A stretch of 63,273 bases of DNA, the filler included, from Pelomyxa schiedti (Eukaryota > Protista > Evosea): NCBI GenBank assembly GCA_020536535.1. It is 6 parts of 6 records of this genome, joined end to end, with 100 filler letters (N's around TTAATTAATTAA, not from the genome) between each part and the next. Parts side by side here need not be neighbours in the genome. Positions count along the whole stretch, not along the records: positions 31,481 to 53,442 come from JAHLWZ010001068.1; 5 more parts are not named here. The stretch is one strand, 5' to 3'. Positions 34,773 through 48,270 of this stretch are shown one piece after another (position 1 is the first letter of the stretch; each line of letters starts with the position of its first letter). The notes under the pieces are model-generated. The model made no database searches and was not told where the DNA came from. It saw only the letters and a program-made list of their open reading frames with translations. Both the position numbers and the translations under genes were made by a program.

Positions 34773-37700
34773 TCACAGCAGGTTCTTGGATCCAACCCGG
34801 CGGAGCTGTGGTGATGCTGTGGAAGCTGCACTTTTGACTGATGACCGGTTGATATCGTCAGTCAGCATCTTGAGGCTTGCAACAAGCTTGTTCAAGGCCT
34901 CAAAATCGGGGTGTTTCTTGATGGTGCTTTGAAGCATTTCCTGTGGGTTTTGTTATTTGGGCTGTTGATTTATTATTATTATTATTATTTTTACCTGGCA
35001 GAGGAGATAATACTCGGAAACTCGTTTCAGGGGGCTTGACAGGTGTATTTTGAGCACTATTTTGCTCAATTCTTCTGTTTCCTGTGCCGGTATTGAGTGA
35101 GATGGTTTAATGGTGCCTGAAAGTTACACACCGCAAGCCACTTGGAGTATTGGGGGTTTCCAATGTGTGCAGTTTCAAGTGTCCGCATCTGATCGGAGTG
35201 ATGTGATACATACTCAGAGTACAATGCAGATAGTTTAACAAGCTGTATAAGTTGAATTGGGTATGAAAAATCAAGTTAATACAGACTCTTGATTCAAAAA
35301 GATCGGTGATGGTGCCCTTTCCCTCCCAGTCCTTCTGCCGTTCCTGGATTTCCACAAGAAATCTGTACAATTGTTGAGGGCAGAGTGCGGAAAAGAAGTA
35401 CATACTGCTCATGCTCTGCTATGAGGGTTTCAAAGTTTAGTGTGACATTCTGGAGACCCTGTTCTTGCATCAGTGGACATGTATCTATTTTCAGAGATTC
35501 ACGCAGTGGAACAATGAAAGTCTTGCACAAAGTTAAAATTACGTGGAAGAGAAGGTGCAATTATAACCTTGAAGGTACTGGTAAGGATGGACACATATTG
35601 TGATTCAGTATCAATCAGCCGCTGTACCAGGGCGGCTCTCTTTTTCTCATTATCAGCCTCAAGTGCTTCCCAATACTTCTTGGAACCTTCCACATTCCCG
35701 GAAACCTTTTTTGGGTTAATTAAAAAGTAAACTGGCACTCGGAGCCTTACAGTGTTGTTGAACAAACTCTGCATAAGATTATTCTGTATCTCTTCTAGGA
35801 TTTTTCGAATTTCCTTGACCCAGACTTGTCTCTCTTCAGGTGTTTGAGCAACAAATTTCATAGTTCCTTCACTGCAAAGGAGTTTGAATTCATCTGAAGT
35901 TGACGACGATAAGGCCGTGGAAACAGGAGGGGAAGCTGTTGATGACGGCAGTAGCATTGGGGAAGATGTGGGACCGTCATCTGTTTGCAGAGAGGCTGCA
36001 GCAAGAAGGAATTTGCGTTGGAAGGTGTATTTGTTGCGTTTGAGATCTGGTTTTGTGATGAGAATCATGTCTGAGAAAAGCCAAACTCGGCTTTTTGTTC
36101 TGTTTACAGAAAGAACTCCTTCTTTGATGAACCTGATCGAAATTAGTTGGAAAGGGAGTTTTATGAGATGCTTGCACCTTCTTTTGGAGTTGGATGTCAG
36201 CCCACCTTCAAAGTTGGCCAATTTAGACTCTATTTCGTTTAACTCATTCATGTTGTCAGAGTCATGTTTGCGTTGGTTTATGTAGTCTGCCAGATCTCGC
36301 ATGAATTCTAAAGCATCTTGTAATGGCTGACAAGCAAAGAGTGTGCGGTTAGACTGGAGTAAAATGGTGGGAAGCTTACTTGGTTATCTGGGTGTTCTTT
36401 GGGGGTTGATTTGAGCATATCCGTCAGTAGCAGGACATCTGATAAGGTAAGATTTTTGTAATCGGTTCTTTTGGTAAGAGAATATTACATCTTGGCACTC
36501 TTTGGACGGGCCTGTGAATGATAAGTAACTGTTTAGATGGGTGGGGTGTATGCTAACGTGATCAACAAGCCTTCAACATTGAGGTTGTTCAATGCCGGGG
36601 TATATTCCAGCCTCTGTTTCATAAAATCGGGTGTCAAATTGGCTTTTCTCTCCTTCTATTGAAGACTGTGTACCTCCAAATATTGCCTAAAGGTTGGCGA
36701 CTTCTCTTTACATTGTGTCAGTGTGCTACAAGCGGTCTCGTGGTTGTTAACGTAGTATTTGTACAGTTTAATGAATGTGGTCTATGATGGTATGTATTTC
36801 CTGGGTTACATTTTTCGAAAAAAGGAAGTTATAGTGATACTCACATTGCTAAGAAAAACACTTCCAAGTACAGAAGAGTCCTGCCAGTTACTCAAGCAGT
36901 CCGAAATTGCCTGATGCAACCTGATGATAATAATTGTAAGTAAGCAAGTTGATACAACACATGTTTAGAGTTCATACTTAACATGACAGTTCTTTATGAC
37001 TTCAGTATTGGCAAACAGATGAAACACATCTTCTTTTACAAGTCCCTTCAGATCCGTCTTCATTGGGACAACGAAACTCTGGAAGTGAGTCAGAAAATTA
37101 AACACGGAAGTGAGACAGTTTGAGCAATTTTCACCTCCACGATGCCCACAAGAGACTTCAAGTAAGATGTTTCTGTCAAAAGCATCTCATTTGCAATTTG
37201 ATGCCGGCGCTTCAACATTGCAGGAAGTTTTTCAGAAACTTCTGGTGGTACTTTTGTTTTCCAGCTGTCATCTAATATGACAGGCGGTGGTGGTATAGGT
37301 GGTGGCTGAATATCTGTTGCTGCCAATGGAGATTTGATGTGCGTGCTTGAACGGGAAAGTCCATCCTTAACTCCAAGCAACGACATACGTTGCCGCGGGG
37401 AATTTGTACCTGCTGATGAGGCCCAGCCACTTGGTTTTCCTAATTTAGTATCAGTTGGTAAGTTCCCTTTTAAAAGCTGAGCATACGTTGTTGAAAAGCG
37501 GACTCGGTATTCTTTGAACTACTTTCCACAGGGGGTGGCTCAATCTCGCCGGGAGCCTCAATACTATCGGGAGGGGGAGTTATATCATCTGCTGGAAGTT
37601 CTATTTCCAAAGAAGAAGGTGACGGTGTTGGGTCCACAGGTGCATTCTTGGGGGAAAGAGACTCTGCCGCAGACTTGAGGTCTTCACGAGGAGGAAGAGC

Positions 37701-38281
37701 AGGAGGAACTGACTGGTCCCCTTCAAGTGGGGGTGATGGAGACTGCGAACTAGATGTAGAACGTGTCCGAACAAGTGTTTGCGTAGTAGTAGTATTAGTG
37801 AGTGAAGAACTAGAACTAGAGTCCTGTCCAGGAGGAGGAGGAAGTGTCATTGTTGGTGCAACATTTGGGGATCCGCAAGGCGAAGAACCGTGGGAAGACG
37901 ATGACGAGTGGTGCGATGAGTGGTGTGAAGAGTGTCCGCCCTTGGACGAGTGATGTGAGGAAGAGTGGTGCGTGGAAGAGTGGCTCCGCGGCGATGCCGC
38001 TTCGCCCGATTCTTTCCGCCTCTCCTTGTCGTGTTGCGGTGATGCCGTGTCCCTCTTTCTTTCTCCCCCAGGGCTTCCACCTCCTCCCGTCGTCGTAGTC
38101 GCTCCCGAGGGCGCCGCCTCCACCACTTCTCCTGTAGCTTAAGAACCACAACAACAAGTGAATAAGGGGAAAAAAAAAACCGCTGGAGTGCGCAATCTGT
38201 CGTTCGTATCGTACGTCGTTTGTGTCGCTGTTTTTGTGTCGTTGATTCGCACGAAATACCTCCTTCCTGTTGTTGCGACAT
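34773..38281 (-). CDS. Rho GEF with DH-PH-DH architecture and an S/H/P-rich N-terminus
   Basis: DH1: RRHQIANEMLLTETSYLKSL..PVQRVPR..LADYINQRK. PH: FIKEG..VWLFSDMILITK..ERQVWVKEI. DH2: KRAALVQRLIDTESQYVSIL..PLKRVSEY..HPDFEAL. Start MSQQQEG|GEVVE. Confidence 0.9.
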
Positions 38282-38682
38282 CTCTTCAAAGGGTGTTCAC
38301 CACCGCAGAAAAAAATGCTGTTTAATTTCAGCCCAAACCGCGAAGATCGATGATCAGAAAATTATTTCCCTGACGATGTGTCAATGTGTCAACCGAGACT
38401 TCTAAGTCCTCAGAACCATCAAGTCGTCTCCCACACATTCGTCTTCTCCGAATCTAATCGTTGTAGAGCATCTGAGCCTAAAGTGGACGGGGGCAAAACG
38501 TGGACCACTTTTTGAGGCAGACCGATTTGCAAGCAGGTGCTATACTTTGTTGCGAAAAAAATCAATGTTCACAGATGGACGGAAATAAATACACGAGATT
38601 GGGACCTTATTGACTTAGTCAGAGTGGGTAGACTATTAAAACACGGGAGAAAGAAGGTGAGATCTTCTGAATAGCACAGCTC

Positions 38683-41600
38683 CTAGCATTCAGCGCTCTT
38701 TAGGGGTTGTGTGAGGTCGCGATTTCTGGAGGAAAATGGATTGGGGATCTTGGGCACGTATGACACAATCACGGCCTCAATGTTGCAGAACGGCTTTTCT
38801 CCAAAGAGGTGCCAGAAGCCGGCCAGGAAGAAGGTCGTGAGAATGAACCCCAGCCAGTCCTGTGTGTAATCCAGGTCATTGTACACGTATGGCAGCAGCG
38901 CACTGTATGTTATAACGACCGCGAAGAGCGGGTGGAACTATGATGTTGTTGAGATTACTGGGTTTTCAGGTGGTTGGGTGTTTTGAGAAACGGGAAGCAC
39001 ACCAGATATACACAATAGACCAATCGGCTTGGCACGGCCCATATCTGATTTTGTTGTAAGTAAGGAAAAGACACGCATTTGTATTCTGTTATTAATACGC
39101 ACCCAGGAAGACATGATTCGGCACAGTACGCCGGTGTTATCCAGCCAGAAGAGGTAAGTCCATGTGGCAAGAGACAGCGGCCACGCTATTCTAGTTACAG
39201 ACCAATATCTGGACAAATACTTAAAATGGCCCCAAATAAGCTAGCACTTACATTCCATCATCCCAGTTCGACCAGTACGTCCAGCAGCCAGGGACGCTGC
39301 AAGTATTCATCAGTCTAGCGTTACTTCATTTGAAATACATACCCAGAATTATAAAGCGGGTATGTACACAAGACGACAGCTATCATGGCACCTCCAGAGA
39401 ATAGAAATGCGGCCATCCGCGCTAAGTTATTGACCTTTCTTTTAATAGCCTCCCGGCATGCTTGAGTTTCAGACATGAAAACTGCAAGAGAAACGCCAAT
39501 TGCGTATCCTCCCATTCTCATCCACGGTGCCTGCAGGGTTTCTCGATTAATTTGACGAACGGTAACTCTTTAACACAGCCATACTCCATGTGCGTGATCC
39601 AACTCATCAATCCAGGAAACATCAACTTTACACACTGGATACCAATGTGTCACTGAAAGCGCGAGGTTGCACGCGAAACTATGAGTCGTTTCAATGAGTG
39701 CAAAAAATGAGCTTTTATTGCGATCCATACCAAGTAGCAACAATGGCTCCAGTTGCAATCATTCCGCATATTGGTTTCCAAAAATAAATTACCGTCAGAG
39801 GTGTGCCAATGAAAATGAACAGCTGAAGTGTGTTGAGTGCAAGTTAGGCTGGACGAACTCAATTACCTGCATGTCGACTGCTAGAAACCATGTATGCATC
39901 CAGCAAGATTCAACAAGCGGCTGCAACTGAGTTAAAATAAAGGTGATTAAAGTGTGAGTGTCACTCACCCCCGGAACAAAGTTATTAATATAAAGCAAGT
40001 TCGTCCACCACCTATTTACATTTAAGGAACAACGAAACAGAAAAGGAGTCATACCACTGTGTGCAACCGTCTTGCTCCAACTCGTACCACAATGCATAAG
40101 GTCCCTAATGTAAGATGAGCACTATGATAAAATACTAAAATACTGCACACCTTGATAAGAATGGGAGTGAGGAAGTGCATACTGAAAATCCCAAGAGCAT
40201 ATATTGGAGTCAATCGGAAATATCTTTTTATCGATCAGAAAGATGACAAAGGAAGAAAGGCTTTATTTCACCTGTGGACAAAGTGGAGAAGCCACTCTCT
40301 GGCATCCATTCGGCCATCTTTCAGTTTCTTATACAAAGACCAGCACATAAGCATTCCTCCCATGAAAAAGAATGTCTCCATGCAAGGATCAGCACTCATA
40401 AAAATATTTGTTGTGAATCTGGGTATCCACTTTTCATTGTGAGGCCAATAAAAAAAAGAGCGTGTTTGTTACCTTCTTTACCATCCAGTAGATATTGGAA
40501 GGAATACTTGCTTCCAGATGGAAGCACAACCAATGAAACTAACTCTGTGTCATATTCACTGTTTCAATGGAGTGGAAAATACCAGCATAACCCAAGACAT
40601 GGAAATAGTTCGGAAACAGTTGAACCAGGAGAAATAACCAGGTTCATCCCAGGCCATAAGGGTTTCTGTATTTGAAATCAAACCAAAGGAAGTGAACCAT
40701 TGCTCCTTTTTGCTTTTTCTACTTCCCCCTCTATGTGGAGATTAGATCTTCACCACTTTGGGGAAAAAAAAACTAATACTTTGCAGGAGCTTTTTGGTCT
40801 GTGGGGGAGGAACTTTCTTTATAGACTTCGTAGGCAGTACTATGGAGGAATTCTAAGCAGTTACGGCAAAGTAAAATATACTAACCATAAAAATGCAAGT
40901 GCACCTAATAGAGACCACGTGGCAACAACTGCTATTGCACCTGGAGAATCCTCTAGTTTGGTCATATCCTCAGTACAACGTGTGGTGAAGTCGTCGATAA
41001 TTAAGTGAAGGTTTGGTATAACCAATTCTCTACCGAAATATCGCTGTTAGCTTTTGCTGAGGTAACATCATTTTAATGTAATTAATAGTTTTTTTTTAAA
41101 TACGGCCTCATGATAATATGTCTTTCGGTTTTTCACCGCTACTCACATTGCATGCAGGTACTTGTCGACATTGTCAGTGAGGTCCTCCGACGTACATTCT
41201 ATTGGTGTACATATCCCCAATTTTCTGAGTGTAGTTTGTTACGGGCGTCGTTTCGATTTTGGTTTTTGGTGAATGATGGACTGTTACATACAGGGGAAGG
41301 TAAGTTGAGATGTTGATTGGGATTCCCTGGACTACCTCTGTCAATGCGGATATCCATTCTTCGGCCTTGCCGATTGGGAGTATGTCTCCAGTTGGTGTGA
41401 TGTTACTCGCCAACATCTTCAGAGTTGTGCTATTTATCTAGGGGAACAACATCAATCTATGCACTTGGGAATGCAGAGAATACACACAAGGAGTGCGACT
41501 GAGCAATAGTGCGTTGAGTTGAGAGCCTCGCAGTTGCTATAGCTGCCCGGGAACCCAGAGGACATAATCATCATGAGGGAGTTTGGGTAAGTCCCATTGA

Positions 41601-41694
41601 GCAGATCGTCCATGGCCTTGTTGCACGCCCTGCTGCTGGCCTCGGCGTAACCCACAATCCACAAACACAGGCAAACTACTGACGCCCACAACAT
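38683..41694 (-). CDS. NRF-6 / O-acyltransferase-like membrane protein (NRF domain plus acyltransferase-3), multi-exon
   Basis: Signal peptide MLWASVVCLCLWIVG, GSYSNC..HYC, ETFFFMGG, RYFRLTPIY, WTNLLYINNF, CWMHTWFLAVDMQ and FHP..FGEKPFCNIE. Confidence 0.88.
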
Positions 41695-41917
41695 CTGATG
41701 CCTTTGTTGCTTGCTTTTTTTTTGTGTTGTGTGTGTTTGGTTTTCGCGAACCAAAGTTGCTTGCTGCGCTTTTTGCGATCTTTCATTTTAGCAAAACGAC
41801 CTTCTTGAAAATCCATTGATGTGTTTCCGCGACAGTTCTGGAAAACCTGCTTTTCGAAGAATAGATATCTATTGTACCATTGATTTGAAGCTCATAGAGA
41901 AAGAAAAAATACCTTTG

Positions 41918-44900
41918 TTAGTGATGCGTACTAGTAGTAGTGTCACTACCACCGTCGGTTTGTTCTGGTGGTTGTAGGACTCTGGGGCCATAGAGGAACC
42001 TCAATAGGCGTAGGAAATACTGTCTGAATGACTCCAGGTCAGTGGGGGAACAGTAGGATGAGTCGTGAGGAATTCCGGTTGAGAAGAATAGCTGAAGTGG
42101 CACAATGGGTGAAACTGTGTGTGCCGGTGCCGGTGTGTGTTGAGAATTTTGCTCCGGCTGTGATTTTGTGTGTGATTCCTGTGCCGGCGATGCTGTGGAT
42201 GATGGGGATTGTGTTCCGGGTGTAATTGTTGGTATTGTGTGGGGTGTAGTTAGGGATTCTATCTGTTGTATGGCATATTCCTTCCAGTCCTCAAATGGCA
42301 CCGGTATGCTCAGGTCCTCACAGCCCGCGACGTTGGTGCAGATTATGTTAACTATTTGTTGGAACGGGGCATAGTGCTGATGTACTGTGCAATCCACTTC
42401 TTGCGGGTCTTCTGTTGGCAAGAAATTCATGACCTGCAGTGCCCTCTGTACAATGGTACTGGCAAGGAAGTCAACAGGTATGAGGTTGAAATAGGAATTC
42501 GCTTTTGGGGCGCAACCAAGCTCTACTATACCCTTAATCAACAGTGTTAACCAATCAGTGTTATTGCAGGCCCCGGTCTCTGTACTCCATGAAACAAGTC
42601 CGGGTGAACAGGTTACAACGTGTAGACCTCTCTTGTGCGCTGCAGTGGCCATTGCATGAGCAACGGCTTTAGATTGGACATAACCAATGGTGGCCGCAAA
42701 GCTCCTGTATTTTGGTGAATCATAAGAATTATATTACACTCCCAACCTTAAATTCTCAATTTTCTCATCCATTTCATCTGCGGCACTTGTGGATACATGC
42801 ACAAAGCAACGGAGGTATTTAGTGGTTCCCGCAAGCTGAAGCATGGCTAAAGTTCCTAGTACATTTACTTCCCGCAGTAGGCTATAGGGTTCGATATGGT
42901 TGACTCTAGCACCTGCATGAATGATGAGTATGACCTTCTCAGTAATGCTGGTTAAGTCATCGGGAGAGATCCCCAAAGTGGGACCCAGATTTCCTCTAAT
43001 AACTTTGACTCGGCGTTGGATCAAATCACATATAGGACAATCCTTGCAAGTACATGCATTGACATCCACACAGTCACATTCACGTGAAAGGTGATACTGT
43101 GAGAGTGAGGCTTTAATCCTCTTATATCCGTCTTCTTTGCTGCTGCATCGAATAAGGCAGTAAATATCCATTTCGGTGCTTTGAAGTATATAAAAGAGAG
43201 TGTGGGCACCAAGAAACCCAGTGCCACCTGTTAAAAGTACTGCAGAGCCTGAGGGAAAATCCTGTTCATTCTCACCTTTGGGAGTATAGATGGGTAATTC
43301 ATTTAAAGCCTGTTGCAAGTCTTGTTGCATGAGCGTGAGGTTGTTGATAGGTAGGGACGGCGCCGAGTCGCCCACAGAAGACGAGTGGCTGGTGTCAGAG
43401 TCCATGGAGTACAGTGCTTGAATCGGGATAGTGGTGTGGTACTTTTCCTTCAGTTTGTTGATGATACGGAGAGCAGACATTGAGTCACCACCATGCTGAA
43501 TGAAAGCAGCTGGTATTAATTGAGAAGGCTTAATTTGGAAAACAAAAAAACCTCTGGCAGTCTTGAGATCCATGGGTTCTTCATTATTCTCGCAATTATT
43601 GTGTTTAGCCATGTTGACAGCCACAGATTCTCCCGCAGCTACTGCATTATTAACGGGCTCTCTATACTTTGCCTCTAAGGCACTCCGATTTATTCTGGAA
43701 GATGTCATATAACAGCAAACAGAACCTTACTTTGAATTTACTGTATTCAGCCCTTTCAAAATTTAGTGGGGTAGTCAAATTATTGGAATTATAACCATTT
43801 TCAGCAGTCCACACTGTATCATCAAGAACGATATTAAGTGGAATTTCAAATGGAGATAACCCACTTCTTTTCCCTACTTCAACTAAATCTTGTAAAACCT
43901 AAACGCAAATTAACTGGGAAAGTCGAGGAGGAAAATAAGATTACAATCGTTTTCGCTGCTGCAGATGCACAAAGAGCACCCAAACATTGTGTGGAGTCTT
44001 TCAAAGCAATTCGAAGGCTCTCTTCCCGTGGAATTACAACAGCAGTCTAAAATACTCTTAATTGTTTAGGAGGGGCTTGTGAAACAAACCGGGGTAGTTT
44101 GATGATACTTTGTTATATCAGCACAGGTGATGAAAATCTGTTTTACGTATGTGCTATTAGCAAGTGCACTTTCGACTTTGGCTGGTGATACAAACTCTCC
44201 CTGTAAACCATTATATGTTGGAGTTCATTTCAGATCAGAAGTTACCTGAGTCAGCTTAAATAAGGACTTCTTTCTGTCAATAATTTTGATTTGTGCTTGG
44301 CCAATAAGTGATACAATGTCGCTTGTATGGTACCATCCCTCTGAATCAAAGGCAGCCTCAGTGGCTTCTGGATTACCGACATAACCAGATGTCAAGCGGG
44401 GTGTCTTGATGAGTAGTTCACCACGAGGAAAAGGCACATCGGTGCTGCGGTATCCAAGCTCAGGACAGTCCAGGAGCTGAAGGAATCGTTAACAGAAGAA
44501 GGAATAGTGTAAATAACATACTTTCCATTTTACATCTGGATGAAATGACCCATCGTCAAAGCAAATTGATCCCGCTTCACTGCAGGCATAACCTTCATAC
44601 ACTAGGAAGCGTTAATTCACAAAGCGAGGCTCTATTAAGCAACCAAGTGCGTGGGGAAAACATTCCCTCAGGAATTCCTTCAAAGCTGGAGGGATAGGTG
44701 CCCCTCCAAGAACAAGACACCTAAATCTCTTCCCCACAACTTGTCGCAGTTGCTCCAGTATCTGTAAGGATTAGACTCCCACCAGAAATCAAATGAGAAA
44801 CCTTTTCCGATTGAAGGGCAAGGAACTGGGGTTTTGGCGAAGCACAGGTGGCCATAATCTCCCGCTTAGCCGCATAGAGAGCTTCTTTGTACTCAATGAA

Positions 44901-46387
44901 CAGAGGCTCCCAAACACGTGGAACAGTGGAAAGGTAAGATGGAGATAACACTGGTGCGTCATCAAAGACAGATGTAAGGGAGGGGCTAATTCCAATGCGG
45001 CCCCCATTTGTAAGGCACAGATAGATATTTTGAATATCTCCAATAAACATTTGTGACCCTGTATAGGTGGTCAATGGAAAAAAAGGAACACTAGGAGAAA
45101 TACCACAGAAGCTGACAAGGGGATCGTAGCCAAGGAATCCTTGAATTGAGTGTACAAGGTATTCTCTAACAGGGATACCCTTAGGCTCTCCCGTGCTTCC
45201 ACTGCTGTGAATAATGGCAACAGCATGTGGAGATTCCCATTCCACTCCAGTAATCAACCTTTCGAGCATTGAGTTGGCGTGAGCGTCACTGAAATCTCCC
45301 GGGATGAGGAACAGTGATTCAATGTTCAATGTAAGAAAAGATAACTGTCGTGATACAGATAACCGACTCAGAATGGTACAATGCTCATCATCTGCCACAA
45401 TTACGCGAATTTCACACGCCTGAATTATGGAAGAGACTTCTTCTTCACTCCAGGCTGGGAGAAAATAAGTAGACGCAGAAGGAATAAGAAAGGCGATGCA
45501 TACAACTATGCAGTGGTACATAAGTTGTACCACTCAGAAGAGTGGCAATCATTAATACCACACACTCTGCCCTAGAAGATGCCCATACACCTACAGTTTG
45601 GTGGTTCCCTCCAGTTGAAGGATTTGGGGGAAAACCCCTCACAGCTTCTGCTATCTTTGAACCGAGAATAATGGCAGCTGCCCTTACTTGTCTATATGAT
45701 TTCCAGACATAGGGCCTTGTATCATCAGCTGTTCCATTGCTTGGTACGCGCCAACCAAGGCACGGCCGATTGATAAACAAGTCCATAGCACAGCACAACA
45801 TAGACATGAGTGTCTTCTGAGCCACTACCATCCCCACAGCCGTTACCGTAGCATATCTCTCCTCTGACATGTAATGCGTTGGCTAGACATCAATACCAGT
45901 AAGATAAGTGCGATTCAATACCACTCACTCACACTGCCAAAAAAAAAAAAAGCTAACGAAAAACAGAAAAACCGAAACAAACGTAACGTTTCTTTAGAAA
46001 AAGGCAACCACGTTTTAAACGAGAACGAAAAAAGCTCATTCAGCATACCAAGTGATGGACTGCTGATGATTCGTCGACAGGCACGACCAACGGGGGGCCG
46101 CACAGCGGGCACAAGTCGAACCGACCCACGACGTCCCCGCTCCCCCCCATCATCGCACAATCGCACTCGGTGCAGTGGAACCTGGTGCCACCCGGCTCCA
46201 CTTTGGCCCCGCAGTTCCGACACACCACGGTCCGCATCACAATCCGCGGGTGTTGTTCTTGTTGTTGTTCCTGTGGTTCAGGTTGCGATTGAGGCTGTCG
46301 GTCGCCCCTGCTGCTCCCATTATCGTCGGTGGGCGACGCGGGGCTGGTGGAGGGGGCGTCGGTGGCATCCGACGTTGTAGCAGACAT
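41918..46387 (-). CDS. ZZ zinc finger fused to an NRPS-like adenylation-thiolation-reductase (carboxylic acid reductase-like) enzyme, multi-exon
   Basis: ZZ: CRNC..RFHCTEC..FDLCPLC..H(L|PT)H. A: WKSYRQV, HSSGSTGEPKG, GGAP, EGYACSEAG, KLLDCPELGYRSTDVPFPRGELLIKT, GWYHTSD, IDRKKSLFKLTQ|GEFVSP. T: FIQHGGDSMSA. R: LLTGGTGFLG, HAGARVNH..PYSLLREVNVLGT, GYVQSK. Confidence 0.92.
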
Positions 46388-46765
46388 TGTTTGGTTACTG
46401 GAAAAGAGTGATCACAGGCACACTTGCTGAAGTAAAGCCTGGACGGCCCAAGGACACAAGAGTGGGCCACTTATTTCAAGCTACTCCTCCAAGGGGAGAA
46501 GCGCCTCAATCTGTCAGGGCTATTTATAGTGAAGCTACTTTGTCAACCCCAGTCGGAAACTTTTCCGACTCTCGCTGAAAGCGGTGTGGGACAAGTAGGT
46601 CTGCATTTAAACCCTGCAGGTTAGGGTAAATCATTAAATTAAAAAACTTCGAAGTTAAAGAAGAAGGTAAACGAGCGAACGAACGACAAGCACAAAAAAA
46701 AATTTTTTTTCCTAACCAAATGACACACAGAGCGATAACGATTACAAACAACTTGTGCGTCCGAA

Positions 46766-48199
46766 ATGCAACAACAACAAGTAGCCGCGCACCGAATGGG
46801 AATTAAGGAACAGATGGAGCTGATACGAGCCTCTCCAAGCCACAAGAAGTTGTACTTTGACCAACTCGTCACGCCAGTGGCCCTGCTCACCCCAAATCCG
46901 GCCCTCACAGTCCACTCTCAGCCGCCATTGGAGAATAATCGCGAGGGGCCTGGACATGTTAGCCTGGAGTACAAACTCAACGAGGGTGTTGTTTTATACT
47001 CTGTGCATAAGTCACGGGTCAGGGAGTACTACTGCAGCGAGGACTGTGACAGGCACTCGTTCCTGGCGCTGAGACTCAGTGGCGAACAAGTGCTGATTTC
47101 TTCCCGGGGGGAGAATAAGACCCTCAGCAGCCTTGGGAAGTTGCTGAAACACAAGGACGGCACCCCTATTTCGGGGAGAACCAGCTTCTTTGTGAATGAG
47201 TCGAGGAAGCTGGGGTTGAGAGAGAACGGCANNNNNNNNNNNNNNNNNNNNNNNNNNNNNNNNNNNNNNNNNNNNNNNNNNNNNNNNNNNNNNNNNNNNN
47301 NNNNNNNNNNNNNNNNNNNNNNNNNNNNNNNGAGAATAAGACCCTCAGCAGCCTTGGGAAGTTGCTGAAACACAAGGACGGCACCCCTATTTCGGGGAGA
47401 ACCAGCTTCTTTGTGAATGAGTCGAGGAAGCTGGGGTTGAGAGAGAACGGCAGACAACCCACGTGCACTGAAGGTGAACTCATAATGAGGATTTTTGTGT
47501 GGGCTCCTGGCCGCCGGAATCCTATCAGGACTGCCTACTGCTTTGGTATGCATCGTTACTTTTGTTTCTCACGGACTTACACCCACGAAAGAAACCGATC
47601 CCGTGTTCCCTGCGCACTGGAAGGCCGATGACCAGTTGCGCGATGTGCAGCCCTCAATTCAGCATATAAATTGCCCTCCAAGTACTGAGTCTGAGGAAGT
47701 TGCACACGCACCGTCCCCAAAGCGTTCGTGCTCAGCAACAACTATTGCTAATTCTCATTCTGCTCGTGGATATGTTCCTGCAGCTTCGTCAGGGGTTCTC
47801 AAGAGAGAGGCGCAGCACAACAGTGTAAGGGCACTCACCAGGACCACAATAAAAACTCCAGCAGCTACAGAGGAATTTCGTGGGACATCCACAACAATTG
47901 CTTCCAAAACGACACACCTCCCACAGAAAAGGCCTCACCAACGGCAACAACCTCCTTCTCTTTATGCACGGCCAACTGAAGACTCTGTAACGAACCAGGG
48001 TGAAGTGAGGCTTGTTGTATCTCATTGTGGTCGCTCCACGGTGCCATCAGCTCAGTGCAGACCAATTAAAACAGAGCCGCCGAGGATTGTGACAATCGAC
48101 CTGAAAGACGGCAACATTGTCCACCCACACGCCACCCAGGTCATTATTATCAACATTCCAGCCTCATCAACACTCACACAACTCTATGTAAAATCTTAA
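46766..48199 (+). CDS. Hypothetical protein (globular N-terminal domain plus T/S/P-rich tail), split by an assembly gap
   Basis: Collapsing the duplicated ~120 bp around the 47232-47331 gap gives a continuous frame. A probable intron at about 47546-47591 joins it to the 47495-48199 ORF. Confidence 0.65.
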
Positions 48200-48270
48200 C
48201 TCCAATTTATTAATTTTATTTTCTTGGTGTTGACAAATTTGCCTTTCCTCTCGAGGTTTTATAATTGTAT

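Noticed and set aside
47110-47452. 120-bp direct repeat as an LTR or target-site duplication
   Set aside because: Exact overlap on both sides of a 100-N gap, and collapsing it restores the reading frame. This is an unmerged contig overlap.
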